This document shows, one piece after another, positions 28,690-40,198 of a DNA stretch of 62,817 nt. The stretch comes from Psammoneis japonica (Eukaryota), in contig QPGO01000015.1 in NCBI GenBank assembly GCA_008632985.1, positions 1 through 62,817 on the forward strand. The letters are read 5' to 3'. The notes beneath the pieces are model-generated. The model ran no database searches and was not told where the DNA came from. It worked only from the letters and a program-made list of their open reading frames with translations. The stretch's first letter is position 1. Every line of letters starts with the position of its first letter. The translations under genes were made by a program, and so were the position numbers.

Positions 28690-28885
28690 GTCATTGTTTG
28701 TTGGTCCTGTGAGTCAGAAGTGGTGTGAGCAGCCACAGATGTGCAAAAGGCACACAAGCTGATGGGCAGATGGAGGCTGCATGGAACATGATGTGCTGAA
28801 GTCCATTTCTTGTCAACAACAATGGATGTTGTTGATGATGCTGAAACAACACACATTGTGTGTTCTGGCTCAAGAGTTTTCATGA
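28690..28885 (+). repeat. Diverged direct repeat A, copy 2
   Basis: Collinear similarity to 22830-23060. Confidence 0.7.
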
Positions 28886-30769
28886 GCAGCCTTTAAAATT
28901 ACCCAAACCCACCCTGCATCAGCTGCAGGACTGTGGGGTCACTGCAGAATGTTCAAATCTGGGGTTAAAAAGGACTGGGAGTTCTCAACCTGACATGAGA
29001 GGATCTTGTTTCAATGGGCAGCTCATTGCTGTGGTGACACTGCAGCAAAGAGGAGCAACCAAAGGAGCATGAAGATGTGACTAAGTTGACAATGAAGTGC
29101 TGCACCAAGGAAATAAAAGACACTTGCAAATTTTGCAATGGTGTTGCTGATGTGATGCCCAACAGTCTGGTGGCAACAAGTCTGTCCAGCTTTGATCTGC
29201 ACCCTGACAGCATCAACACCTGCAGCCACAGATGTGATGATGACAGTGAGTTGTGTCAGATGGGGGTGAAATTCATGAGGGCAAGCCCTCCAAAACTCAT
29301 GGCCATGGCAAACAATGGACACAATTGAGACAACAAGTTGCCAGAGACAGAGGATGAGGACATTGGGGCACCAGCAAGATTGCTTTCCCACCACTGACAA
29401 AGGAGTTTGGAACACGTGGCATTTGACTTTGACAATGGGCAGACCTCTCTCCTCTGCATGTCAGGACAGCATTTGTGAGCCCTCAGAAACCTCCTGTGTG
29501 GCAAACAAAAAGTGCAAGGGAGGCCTTGACAAGATTCTCAAACAAGCAAAGCATGGCTCACCAAATGGCATTCTCTGAAACCTCTGCTGCATGATCAATG
29601 GCCACAATGGAGTTCAGCACAAAAAACCAGAAGAAGAGATTTGTGTCATGTGCCACCTCTGCCCAAGCTGGGGATGGACCTTGCCACAAAATTGCCAAGT
29701 GGATCACCTGGAACAAAGCTCAAGAAAGTTCAAAGAGAGTGCATGGCTCAACAGGCAAAAGCTTGCCAGCTGCCACACCAAGGTTGCACAGAGTGTGGCT
29801 GACCAGGAGAAGGCTGCTGCAGGCCATTGAACTGTGTCTTGCTCTGTTTGTGACCAAAATCTCACTGCCTCATTTGGGGAAAGCTCCCCTGTGGTTGGTG
29901 CAGCACAACCAGCTTTTTGCAATCAGCTGTTGTTGTTTTTCATGCCACAGCAGCATGCATCAAAGCATTGCTCAAGCACGCAAATGTTGCAGTGGATGGC
30001 CACATGTGATCTTGAAATTGCACACAAAACTTCTTCATGTTGGCACACTGTCTCACAAGAAATGTGGGTGCCTGGCAAAGGCCAAGAAGCAACGGCAGTG
30101 AAAACAACAAAAGACAACAAGGTGGGAGCAACCCCCAAGTCAAAAGCCAAGCAGCTGCCTTTTGAGGCTAATTTTGAGCCTTGCGCTTGAGACTCTCACC
30201 TTCCAAGTGACATCCCACACCAACAGCTCAGTTGAACAAGGGTGTGTTGGTCCCCAGTGACCCTTTGCCAGGAGATCCAGTGCACAGTGCAACAATCATG
30301 GCATCTGTGTGGGGCATTGCAAGCACCAGCTGTTGGCAATGCACTCCACTGCTGAGCTGACAAATGACCTCCCTTGATGCATCAATCACAGGCCCCAGCT
30401 AGCAGCACAGAGCTTGTGCAGCTCTTGTTTGTGTCAGCAGCTGGTGCAACTCTTCCTTGACACTGGCATCATGGTCATCATGTGCTGGAAGCAAGTTTGA
30501 AATTTTTGATTCTTCTCAGCACCTGCAAATGATGTGTTGAGAGATGTTGGTTTGCAATTTGTGCCACCTTTCAATGGCTTGCTGCTCTGACAGCACTTTT
30601 CACAAAACAACCACTGCCTCTTTGCCCAAGCATGCAGCAGGGCCAAGAGAGCACTTGTTGTGGCTCAGCACAGACTCAGCACTCCTTGAAAGAATGGGTT
30701 TTTAAGCAGGCAGAAAACAACAGAGCCGGGGTCATGAGAGGGACAACTGGCAGTGCAACACAAAAACAA

Positions 30770-31165
30770 TGAGTGACTGGGTGGGCAGCAAGTGTGGCAG
30801 TGCAGGCTCAGAGCCACAGATCTGCACAACCAAGATCAGCAACACAGCAAATCCCAGGGAAAATGGTGCTGAAGAAGACATCAACTTTGGCATGAGAATT
30901 GGGAACAATTGTGAGAATGGGAACAACATTGGTGATTGCAGTGTTCTGGATTTCAAGGCAGAAGAATGAGATCAGCACAACTCTCAAGGTGGGAAAGGCA
31001 GAAGGATGAATGGTGGGATTGGCTCACTCTAAAATGAGCGATGGCCCCATCACCAATCAAGGCAAATGGCAGCCATTTTCAGGAGATTTTTTTTCATGTC
31101 TGTTGGACCCAAAGATTGGAAGATGTTGTTTTGCATGTTTTTTGGAAACACCATGTGGGAGAGGA
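30770..31165 (+). repeat. Diverged direct repeat B, copy 1 (copy 2 at ~32075-32455)
   Basis: Shared blocks gagtgactg, aaccaagatcagc/aaccaaggtcagc, gctgaaga..catcaa..atgagaa.tgggaacaa, tcaccaatca, caggagat and gacccaaa...gaaacacca. Confidence 0.8.
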
Positions 31166-32074
31166 AACGGGGGTTGGGTTTGGGGATGCAACCACAGCCA
31201 GACAGAAAGACAAGGATGGGCAAGCCTTTGGACATTGATCAACAACACATTCATGCACACACCAGTGCCATCACAATGGGGCTTGTTGACTTCAATGTTC
31301 ATCTGAAACATTTCATTCATGACACCTCACTCTGCGGACTGGGGAAAGAACATGTGCACTGTGATGCTGCACCTTGCTGGACCTTGCTCTTTGAATGTGG
31401 TGTCAACAGGATCAAAGATGGAGGCACAATTGACAGGTTGAGAGCAGCGCATTTGCCAGAGCCTTGCTGTTGCAATGGGTGCCCAGTCTGCATTCTAACA
31501 GCCTGAAAACAAACCTCAACACTGACAAGATCCCACAAGCTTTCTTGGCTGCACAACATGATCATGAAGAAGGAGATCTTCTGAGTGCTGGTCTGGCACA
31601 CTCAACTGATGGCAGACCATTGTTCATGAATGTCCAACCAAACACAGCCCTGTCATGAAGCACAGATCCATCACTTCCAGCTGCAGCTTGCACAGAACAA
31701 TCTGATGTGCCAGCTCTGACAACAAAACATGAAATGCTGTGCAAGAGAATGGCATTGATTCCTGCTCTGGCAGCGCACCCAACCACTCCTTGATCATGTC
31801 TGGAAGAGGCAGGGGAACCTTCATGATGAGCATGGAGCAAGGCAGAGCAAAACTCCAGCACCCATTGTCAAGGGCAGAAAAATTTGTTACTTTGCTGAAC
31901 ACATTTCACAACAGCAACAACAACAACCATCATTTTTGCCCAAAACAAAAAGCAGATTTTGAGAGCACTTGTTGTGGTGGCTGGTCAGTCGCAAAAGAAC
32001 AGGTTTTCAAGCATGACAGAAAATGGCTCAGGCATGGGGTGAAAGGAACAATCAACAGGGCAGCATGTGAAATG

Positions 32075-32455
32075 TGAGTGACTGAAGAGGCAGCATGTGG
32101 TGCTGTGGATCCAGCAGCAGATCTTCTTTCAACCAAGGTCAGCGGCACAAACCTGAGGGAAAAGAGGGGCCGACACGCTGAAGATGGCATCAATTTCAGA
32201 ATGAGAACTGGGAACAACAATGATGAGAGCAGGAACAGTGTCAACAACCACAGTGCTCTGGATGTCACCAGAGGCAGAAGAGTGGGGGCGTCTGTGTGAG
32301 GTGCGCGGGGGGCGGGTTTTGGCGGCTGATTCCTGTCACCAATCACGATGCATGACCACAGCCGTTGGCAGGAGATCTGCCATGTTGTAAATCCAGACCC
32401 AAACATTAGAAGCTGTTGTTTCTACATGTTTGTTTTAGAAACACCAAGGGAGAGC
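32075..32455 (+). repeat. Diverged direct repeat B, copy 2, straddling the right edge of the TpA-depleted block
   Basis: Collinear with 30770-31165. Its distal part still carries TA and CG. Confidence 0.8.
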
Positions 32456-32724
32456 AAAGGGTTTGAATGTGTTGCTTGGGACAGCTTGGAACGGTGGGAG
32501 GTTGGATGCGCCGGATGGAAAGACGAACGCGGGTACGTCATCGGACGTCGACGACACCACAGCGATCAGCGATCACATCAGTGCCATCACAAAGAAGTCG
32601 CCAGTCCAAGTCCCCAAGATAACATTCATCTCAACAACGAGTGCCGCAGGGTACGAGGTCGAGAGGAACTGGACAAACAACAGCCGAAGCTCTTACTCTG
32701 TGTGGCTACTGCTCATCATCAATC

Positions 32725-34395
32725 ATGCTAAAGAAGTTTTGGCGTTGTGCGCTCCTACTGGGACTTGTGGCAATAGTTGCCCCTACCACTGAGGCATCGG
32801 TGGAATCGATTCAAAGAACTGCTTTCTCGCCGAAACCCTATGTCACGGATATTAAGAACGGCGGTTCCTTGAACCCGGCTGTACATGCGAGCCTAAGAAA
32901 GGTCACGGAATCGTACCGTGGAGGTGGTGATTCGTCTGGCGAAAGCGACGCGCTGGTGGGTGCCGTTGCATTTACTGCCATCGACAAGATTTCTAGGGAG
33001 CTGTTCACGAAGTACAGCATCCCTTTCCCTTCTCAGTTGGGGGCATGCATGATCATGTTTACAACGATGGTGCTAGGCGAAGAGCTTGTACCTGGATTTG
33101 GAGATAAGATATTTTCCTTCTTGAATCCAGGTGCCCTTTTGTTGGCCAAGTGGCTTCCGGTGTTTTTCGTTCCTGGACTGGCGATGCTTCCACTGGCGCC
33201 ATCTATTGGATCTCCTATTGAGGTGCGTTGTATTGAAGCATTTATTATGTATCTTCTGGGACGTGATTCTGCTTAATGACGCCACTAACTTCTTCTCGCT
33301 TTTGTCGTACGCCCTTTGTATCCTACCGGTGACTAGGTTGTCAAGGTGCTTTCGGTGATTATCCTTGGCTTTATTTTCTCCTTAAGTTCCACGGCCTTTG
33401 CTGTGCTGGGCTTGAGGGCATCCATGGGGGCTGTAACGTCACCTGAAGCACCACCCCAGGTGCCGAAGCGCAGACAGGCGAAAGGAAATGATGCTCCCGC
33501 CCCCCCTCCCAAGGCCTTCTCAGACTCCACGATGGATTTCCTCCTCAAGGGAACAGTGTTGTCTGGAGCTATTAGCATAGCGGCATCACGCAATGATATG
33601 GACTGGGCAACGCCTCTCCGCACTATCAACATGCTTTTTGTTACTGTAACTTCGTACGTGTGGGGAGCTCGTTTACCGTCTGGGTTCAACAAGGTCGTGC
33701 ACCCACTCGTTACCAGCACTGGTTTGACCCTGGCTGCCATGGCAATCACTGGGTTTTGCACTGGCTCTACGTTCATGGATGTTTTACGGACGTACAAGGT
33801 GGGTTCTATGAGTCCACTTGAGACTGGTGCCGGTGACGTTTTGTTGTACCTCCTCGGCCCGGCTGTCGTGTCGTTTGCCATGTCAATGTACAGTCGGAAA
33901 ACTCTCTTGAAGGAAAATCTCTTTGTCGTTATTGTCGCCATGTTTGTTTCAAGTGTTGGGGGACTTTTTGGAACTGGCGCTTTTGTGCGCTTAATCAACC
34001 TAGGTGGTGCTAGTGACACATTTTTGCGTCGCTCGGTTTTGTCACGCAACGTTACAACTGCGCTGGCCATTGCTCTAACATCAATGATTGAAGGTAACCT
34101 CGCTATCGCCGCCAGCGTAGTGGTTTTGACCGGGATTATCGGTGCTACCTATGGGAGGACGCTACTAACAGCAATGGGGATTGAAGACCCTGTATCACGC
34201 GGCCTCGGACTTGGAGGTGCAGGTCAGGGGCTAGGGGTGGCTAGTATGATGAGTGAAAAGGACGCATTTCCTTTTGCGGCTGTATCTATGGTACTCACGG
34301 CGGTCTGCGCTACAACCCTGGTTTCAATTCCAGCTGTGAAGGATGCCCTTTTGAGTCTCGTGGGGCCTGTTACAGTAGCTCCAGTGACTGCGTAA
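32725..34395 (+). CDS. LrgB-domain membrane protein, PLGG1-like (plastid glycolate/glycerate translocator) paralog 1; intron 33223-33336
   Basis: IPFPSQLG, LLAKWLPVFFVPGL, KVVHPLV, GAGDVLLYLLGPAVVSFA, SRNVTTALA, SRGLGLG and EKDAFPFAAV motifs. Signal peptide. Confidence 0.9.
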
Positions 34396-34967
34396 TAATG
34401 CAGAGTAGGCCCCCAATCTATCTGAAGTAGGGTTTGCTTCGCTTGCTATGTATATTGAAACGAGGGTATAGCTAAATTAAAAGAAAAAGACTGCTATGTT
34501 GTATAGAAATGATGAGTCATCTCTTTATGCTCCTTATGATGGTGTTTGGATGTCTTTGGTGAAGCAAATGACGAGTTGGAATACTGGTAGGTACATTCCA
34601 AGTTTGTTGCAACAACCCCCAGCATCTCTACGATGCCGTACCGCGTTCGGTAGGCCTCAGACTGCGACAGAATCAAATTGACTTAGACTAATACAATCGA
34701 GGCCGTGATCCGCCCGATGCATAACCCAGAGTCTGCGGCCAAGGGATATGGATGCGTGAGACTACGTATCTAAGAGGACTTCTTTTGGCGGTTTGATTTG
34801 GTGAACAGTTTGGTTGGGTTTTTTGGCGGGAAGCTCAAGCCAGAAAGAATCGCGCGCGCATTTCTGTACGGTAAGTTTACGCCGCAGGCCGCATAGCTAG
34901 GTACCGTAGGCCGCAGATAGACCGCCGTGCCAATAACAGCATAAAGTCTTCATCAAGCGAAACAACG

Positions 34968-35866
34968 ATGGCGAGAGGATTGCTTTTATGTTTGTTCTTT
35001 GTTCCGCCATCTCAGCATTCAGCGCTGAGACCAGTGTTGCTTCGAAATTCAAGGCCCCAAATGCTGACACTTCTGTGGAAGTTGCGAAAAAGTGGAAGGA
35101 TTCTGATGAAGCCCTATGGTCGTATGTTAGTGAGAAAGTACCTGATGTTCTTGAACACACTGGTAGTGCAGCGTTCGATGAGCACCTACGTGGGGTTCAA
35201 GCCGTGTTACGGTATTGGAACGCCCCTGAACATCTTGCATCTGCTGGCTTGTTTCACTCAATTTACGGGACAGAGGGGTTTCAAGGATTTGCGCTTCCGC
35301 TATCGGAACGCCCAAAGATCCAAGATCTTATCGGAAAACAAGCAGAGAAATTATGCTTTATCTTCTGTATGGTAGACAGATTCACAGTTGACAAAACAGT
35401 TATGGCATGGAAACCTGGCAGTGTGGATGAGGACTCGAAGTTCGTGTTCCGATCAAGAGCAGAGTTGGGTCGATTTGAACTTGTTCTTAACAAGGAAGAA
35501 TGGCTAGACTTCATTGAGTTGACGCTTGCAGACTGGATGGAACAAGTCGAAGGCGCAGCGGCTAAGCCCTCTGATATATTCCTTTGGCGTGCTGGGGAAG
35601 CATATGCGTATCGTAGGCTAGCATACGAGAAAATGAGCGAGCTGTTGGCCTTTGAACGAAAACGATTGACAGAGAAGGCACCAGAACTCTTGAAGGCTGT
35701 GATGGCTACGGAATCGCCACAGACTCGTAAGCTGATCCAGATGCGGACACCACCCATGTCTGAAGCTGCTATTTATGCTCACAGCGCACTAAGAGCTGCT
35801 GGAGAGGACATACCAGAAGATCTTTCACCCCAGCCATTCAACAGATCGGAGTGTCAAGCATCGTAA
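34968..35866 (+). CDS. DUF6817-like (HD-related) protein; likely frameshift near 35003, or start at 34988
   Basis: EHTG..FDEHLRGV..VLRYW...AGLFHSIYGTEGF motif. MARGLLLCLFFV|SAISAF would form a bipartite presequence. Confidence 0.72.
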
Positions 35867-36389
35867 TAGACCTTTTAGTTTGGAAGGCCCATGTAGTTTA
35901 GATCACAGTTTTACTTACCCATTGGTTCATCTATGGTATGTAACAGACAAAAATCTCTCTCTATCGATCCGTCCTATCTCTCCGTAGCCCTATTGTACGC
36001 AGTCGAGACTCGAGTGACGCGCCTCGGCTGTCTGCTGTAGACCTTACTGGATGTCTGATCGTAGTAAACTACTATAATTAGCCAGGTACCTTTCACACAG
36101 CTGTGCTGACCACAAGCTATCTGCAGCAAAACTGCCACAAATAAGCTTTTTGGTCTGTTTTCACACAAACCAGTACAACCACAGGGCATCCAATCTCACA
36201 ACATTCACCCGAATGCTGCTGAACAAGAATAGAATTGTTGCAACTTATTATATAGGCCCATAGCTGCTTCCAAGAAGCAAGCTCGAGAACGGATCAACAT
36301 GGCGCGAGAAGGACTTCAGACAACGCGGGAACGTGGACGACAACAGACGATTATTAGATTATGCACCGCACCTACCTACTAGTACTCTA

Positions 36390-37975
36390 GAGAGTTGGAA
36401 AAAAAAAAAGAGCTCGTCGCAAACAGCAAAATAGCACTAACACCATACCAGCGCTGTCGAGCCCTCTCCGACCCACCACACCCCCCATACCCCTACTATA
36501 CCGCCATATAACATCGCCCGTGCAGCGCAACGAGCGATGCAACCTCCCGCCGCGACGCTGTGGATCACGCCATTGTTGTCCTTGTTGGCCGCTCTTCACT
36601 CACGTAGAAACCCTACCACAACCTACGTGTCGACACACATCACACCCATCATCACACCCATCACACGTAGAAATCCTACCACGTTCTACGCTCCCGACAC
36701 CACCATCACGATGACCGAAAACGCCCACCATGACGCAACCGCGTCCTCCCTCGACGCATTTACCCTCCTCGACGACAACTCCCATACGGACTCCGACTCT
36801 GACCCCGAAACTAATGAGTCAATCTTCGACACTGCGGACACCACCGACGCAGCATCCGCTCCCTGCTCCCATCCGCTCCCTGCTCCCATCCGATCACGAC
36901 ATGCCTTGGGCCGACATCTCCATTGCCACACCCCTCAACCCTGCAGACGACACCGAGCATGAATCCATCAATTGCCGCCGAGTCTCCTCCATCAAAATCA
37001 AGGACATCGCCCCGCCAGACGCACCCCACCCCAACCTGGATTTTGACGAATCTCAGCACAGAAGCCGTCACGTCGTCGCTCAGCATCAGCTTCTCACAGC
37101 GCTGCGCAAGCAGGCCACTGAACACCACCACACAGCCTTCCGGGACCTCCGCACCCGCATTGACACCCCACAAGCCCAAATCCAAGCACAACACCTGACC
37201 GCACATCTCGTTGGCAACCTCGCACCCGGCACCCTGCCCCCACGAGCGACGCCTGGCACCTGCACGCACGCTCTTCCCTTTGACGCCTCTCACCAACTGT
37301 GCCTCTCCTCCTTTCCCCTTTTTCACAGGCCCGACAATTGGTGGGCACTGGTCCACACTGATTCGCCTCCGCCCCCTGCCCAACGGCGCGGTGCGATCAT
37401 GCCCTTTGCCATTTTGTTGCACTTGCCCCCACCACTGCCCGGCGCACGCACAAGCAACGCGCCGGGTGGCAATTTTTGTCGGAACCCTCACTGTCCCTTG
37501 GACCTGGCCAGACATGTGACCGACAACATGGCGGGGATCAGCAGTGCCAGGGGACACGGACATCGCGCCTTCGGCGCGATGCGCCGTGCTGGAGCTTCGT
37601 GCCAGAAAACCTGGGGGGCCTCGCTGTGCAATGCAGCCCCAGGTTCCCTGCCATTCTTGAGATGACAGGGCGGGGTGACATTCAAGGAGCCCGTCCTGGG
37701 CACAACGTCCTGGGGGCCTTTTCCAGACCTGAGCGGGCATCCTTGACCATGCGCATCAAGGGTGTCGACTGCCTGCAGGGGATCAGGTTTGGCTGCATCG
37801 CAGCCCCCTGGAGGTGACACATGCTTCAGTGGTCATTGGGGCCCCTGGCATGAACCAGGGAGAGCACAAAAGATGCTGCTGCCTCAACCCACTTGAAGTG
37901 GACACTGCACACACACACACACACACACCCAGCACTGGAGAGAGCAGGTCTGCCGATGAAGATTCCCCCAAGCTC
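36390..37975 (+). mobile_element. Degenerate C-rich retroelement-like fragment, TpA-depleted from ~36850 on; ends with a (CA)n tract
   Basis: Strong C/A strand skew, broken Pro/His/Thr-rich frames and an imperfect ~63-nt tandem duplication at 36600-36690. Family not identified. Confidence 0.5.
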
Positions 37976-38386
37976 TACTGCCACCCTCTATAGCTAGTAG
38001 AGAGTAGCTCCACTACTACTTAGCAGCTGCTGTAGCTCAAGAATGTATCTCTGTGAGTTCTAGACACCCTGCCTCCGCGATGTACGCCTGCTCCGGCAGG
38101 CTTCCTGAAATGCCCAGTTGAAGCTTGTACGCCCATAATTTATAAGACTTTGATGACGTCACGACTGGTGTTGGATTACCTATATGTCTATACTTGTATA
38201 GTATTATATATGTTTTGCCGCCATTTTTGTGTCGCGATCTCACTTTTCACATTCATCTTCAACCTGCTTCTTATTTTCGAACCTCATCGCGGCTCGAGGA
38301 TCTTCGCCAACCGTTACGTTGCTGCTGTCCTGTCTGACTTCAGCTTATTCCATTGCTTTCAATTGCTCGGGGCTTCCCAAACGAAA

Positions 38387-40042
38387 ATGTGGAAAGTTTC
38401 AGTTTGGCGGATCTTTGCCGCCACTCTTCTTCTGGTCGCATCCGATGCGTACTCCCCTCCGCACGTCTTTACAAGTCGGGGACACCAACACATTGGACAT
38501 GGAGCATTTCGTAGCTCGTCAATTCGCCTTTCACATAGAAGCCGAGTTTCTGGTAAGAAACTATTGGTTGGCATGTCAAAGCGCCGAGTCACAAAACAAC
38601 TGAGAATGTCGTCCAACGAAGAACCTACTGTCAAGGCGGTTGGAGCTACGTCGATGTTGGTTCTCTTTGACATTGGCTTTCGCAGGCTTTTCAAATTACT
38701 CTCGATATCATTTCCATCATCGTTGGCAGGCTGCGGTTTCTTGTTTGCGAGCCTTTTGACATTTCCAAAGGGTCAGCAGATTTACAATTTTCTTAGTCCA
38801 GGAGCGGCACTTTTGGCAAAGTGGTTACCTGTATTCTTTGTACCCAGCCTCATTACTCTACCATTGGCTGCAGATCTCGGAACGGCCGCCGAGGTAGGAT
38901 CTTAGCGCTTAAATGCTGAGAGATAAACGAACCATTCTGATGTATAACCTTCTTTGCTCCTTGCCAATTGCTCCTTGCTTTCATAGGTTGCAAAGATTGG
39001 AGTTGTTGTCGGCGGTGGTTTCTACTTTTCAGCGCTGACCACTGCATGGTCTGTGTTGGGAATCAGAAAGCTCGTATCCAGAAACAAGAGTGAAAGGATG
39101 GGTAATGATGCAACAAACACAGCTGATGAAGCTGATGAAATACCTGTGGTTGTCAATGGTGAATTTACTCCTGAAGAGAAAGCGCCATTTTCGGATGAAA
39201 CAGCTTCCTTGCTGAGAATCGTTTTGAGTCTCACTGCCTCTGCTGCGTTAGTGACCAGTACTTCACCGGATCATGCGCACCTTTTGAATCCAACGTGCTC
39301 GGCTTTCATGTTAACCGCGACTCTGCACAACTTTGTCTTTGGTGCCCGGTTGCCAAAAAAATTCACAAAGTTGGTCCACCCGCTCGTTACATGCACCGCT
39401 CTGACATGGGTTGCAGCAAAGCTTCTCGCTTTTGCAACCGAAACTTCCTTTAAATCTGTACTCAAGAAGTACCGCACGGGATCATTGGGTCTCTACACAG
39501 CAGGGGCGGGAGACATTCTCCTATTCTTGTTGGGTCCTGCGGTTGTGTCCTTGGCATGTCAAATGTACGACAGGAGGAAACTAATGAAGGAAAACATGGC
39601 AGAGGTGGCAACAGCGGTAGGAGTTTCATCCGTTGGCGGCTTGTTTGGTACTGCTGGGCTCGTACGGCTTTTGAATATTGGCAATCCTGTTGTCCGTCTT
39701 TCACTGTTATCAAGAAATATTACGTCTCCGCTGGCAATGGCCATTGCGTCGATACTCGGTGCAGATGTTTCGCTTGCCGTTACCATGGTGGTCCTGTCCG
39801 GTTTGATCGGTGCTAACTTCGGTGCATCAATTTTAGACGCATTTGGGATAAAAGACGCTGTCGCACGTGGTCTCGGAATTGGGGCGGCGGCGCATGGATT
39901 GGGAACAGCCGCCTTTGCGAACGAGAAAGATGCTTTTCCATTCGCGGCTATTGCAATGGCTTTGACTGCTTCTGCCACCACCGTTCTAGTCTCCATCTCT
40001 CCCATCAGGAAGGCGGTTATACAGCTAGCTTTGGGGTCTTAG
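38387..40042 (+). CDS. LrgB-domain PLGG1-like paralog 2; intron 38894-38986
   Basis: ISFPSSLAG, LLAKWLPVFFVPSL, KLVHPLV, GAGDILLFLLGPAVVSLA, SRNITSPLA and ARGLGIGAAAHGLGTA motifs. Signal peptide (SDA-Y). Confidence 0.9.
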
Positions 40043-40198
40043 CAATATTTACCTGCTATTTCGACAACATGTGTGACCAAGTGAAACAAAGGTCTGTTGG
40101 TGTTCAGAGCTAAAACGAATTCAATAATATGTGTTAAAAGGAACCGTTGTTGCACCTCCTGTTCGTTCCAGAAGCCCATCTTCTGCTCGGAATGTTAC

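Larger units (their letters stand above)
22030..32400. repeat. ~10 kb block of highly degenerate repeat/TE-derived DNA, almost free of TpA and CpG and rich in TpG/CpA
   Basis: Obvious dinucleotide shift against both flanks. All six frames give short Cys/His/Gln-rich, nearly Tyr-free ORFs. Internal diverged repeats are present. I could not identify the source elements. Confidence 0.85.

Noticed and set aside
22030..32400. The many overlapping ORFs as real Cys-rich proteins
   Set aside because: They occur in all frames, have no recognisable domains and follow from loss of TAA/TAG.
22030..32400. Classical RIP or CpG deamination alone as the explanation
   Set aside because: C->T processes create TpA or leave it unchanged; they cannot remove it. 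Conserved Tyr codons fix the direction as A->G.
8700..35010. Single-base frameshifts in five otherwise intact host genes (PRUNE-like ~8705, DUF676 ~10290, FYVE-RING ~14620, PPR ~18245, DUF6817-like ~35003) as programmed frameshifting or pseudogenes
   Set aside because: Each is repaired by adding one base, mostly in a short homopolymer, and they share no slippery motif. Long-read consensus deletion errors are the simplest explanation; read mapping would settle it.
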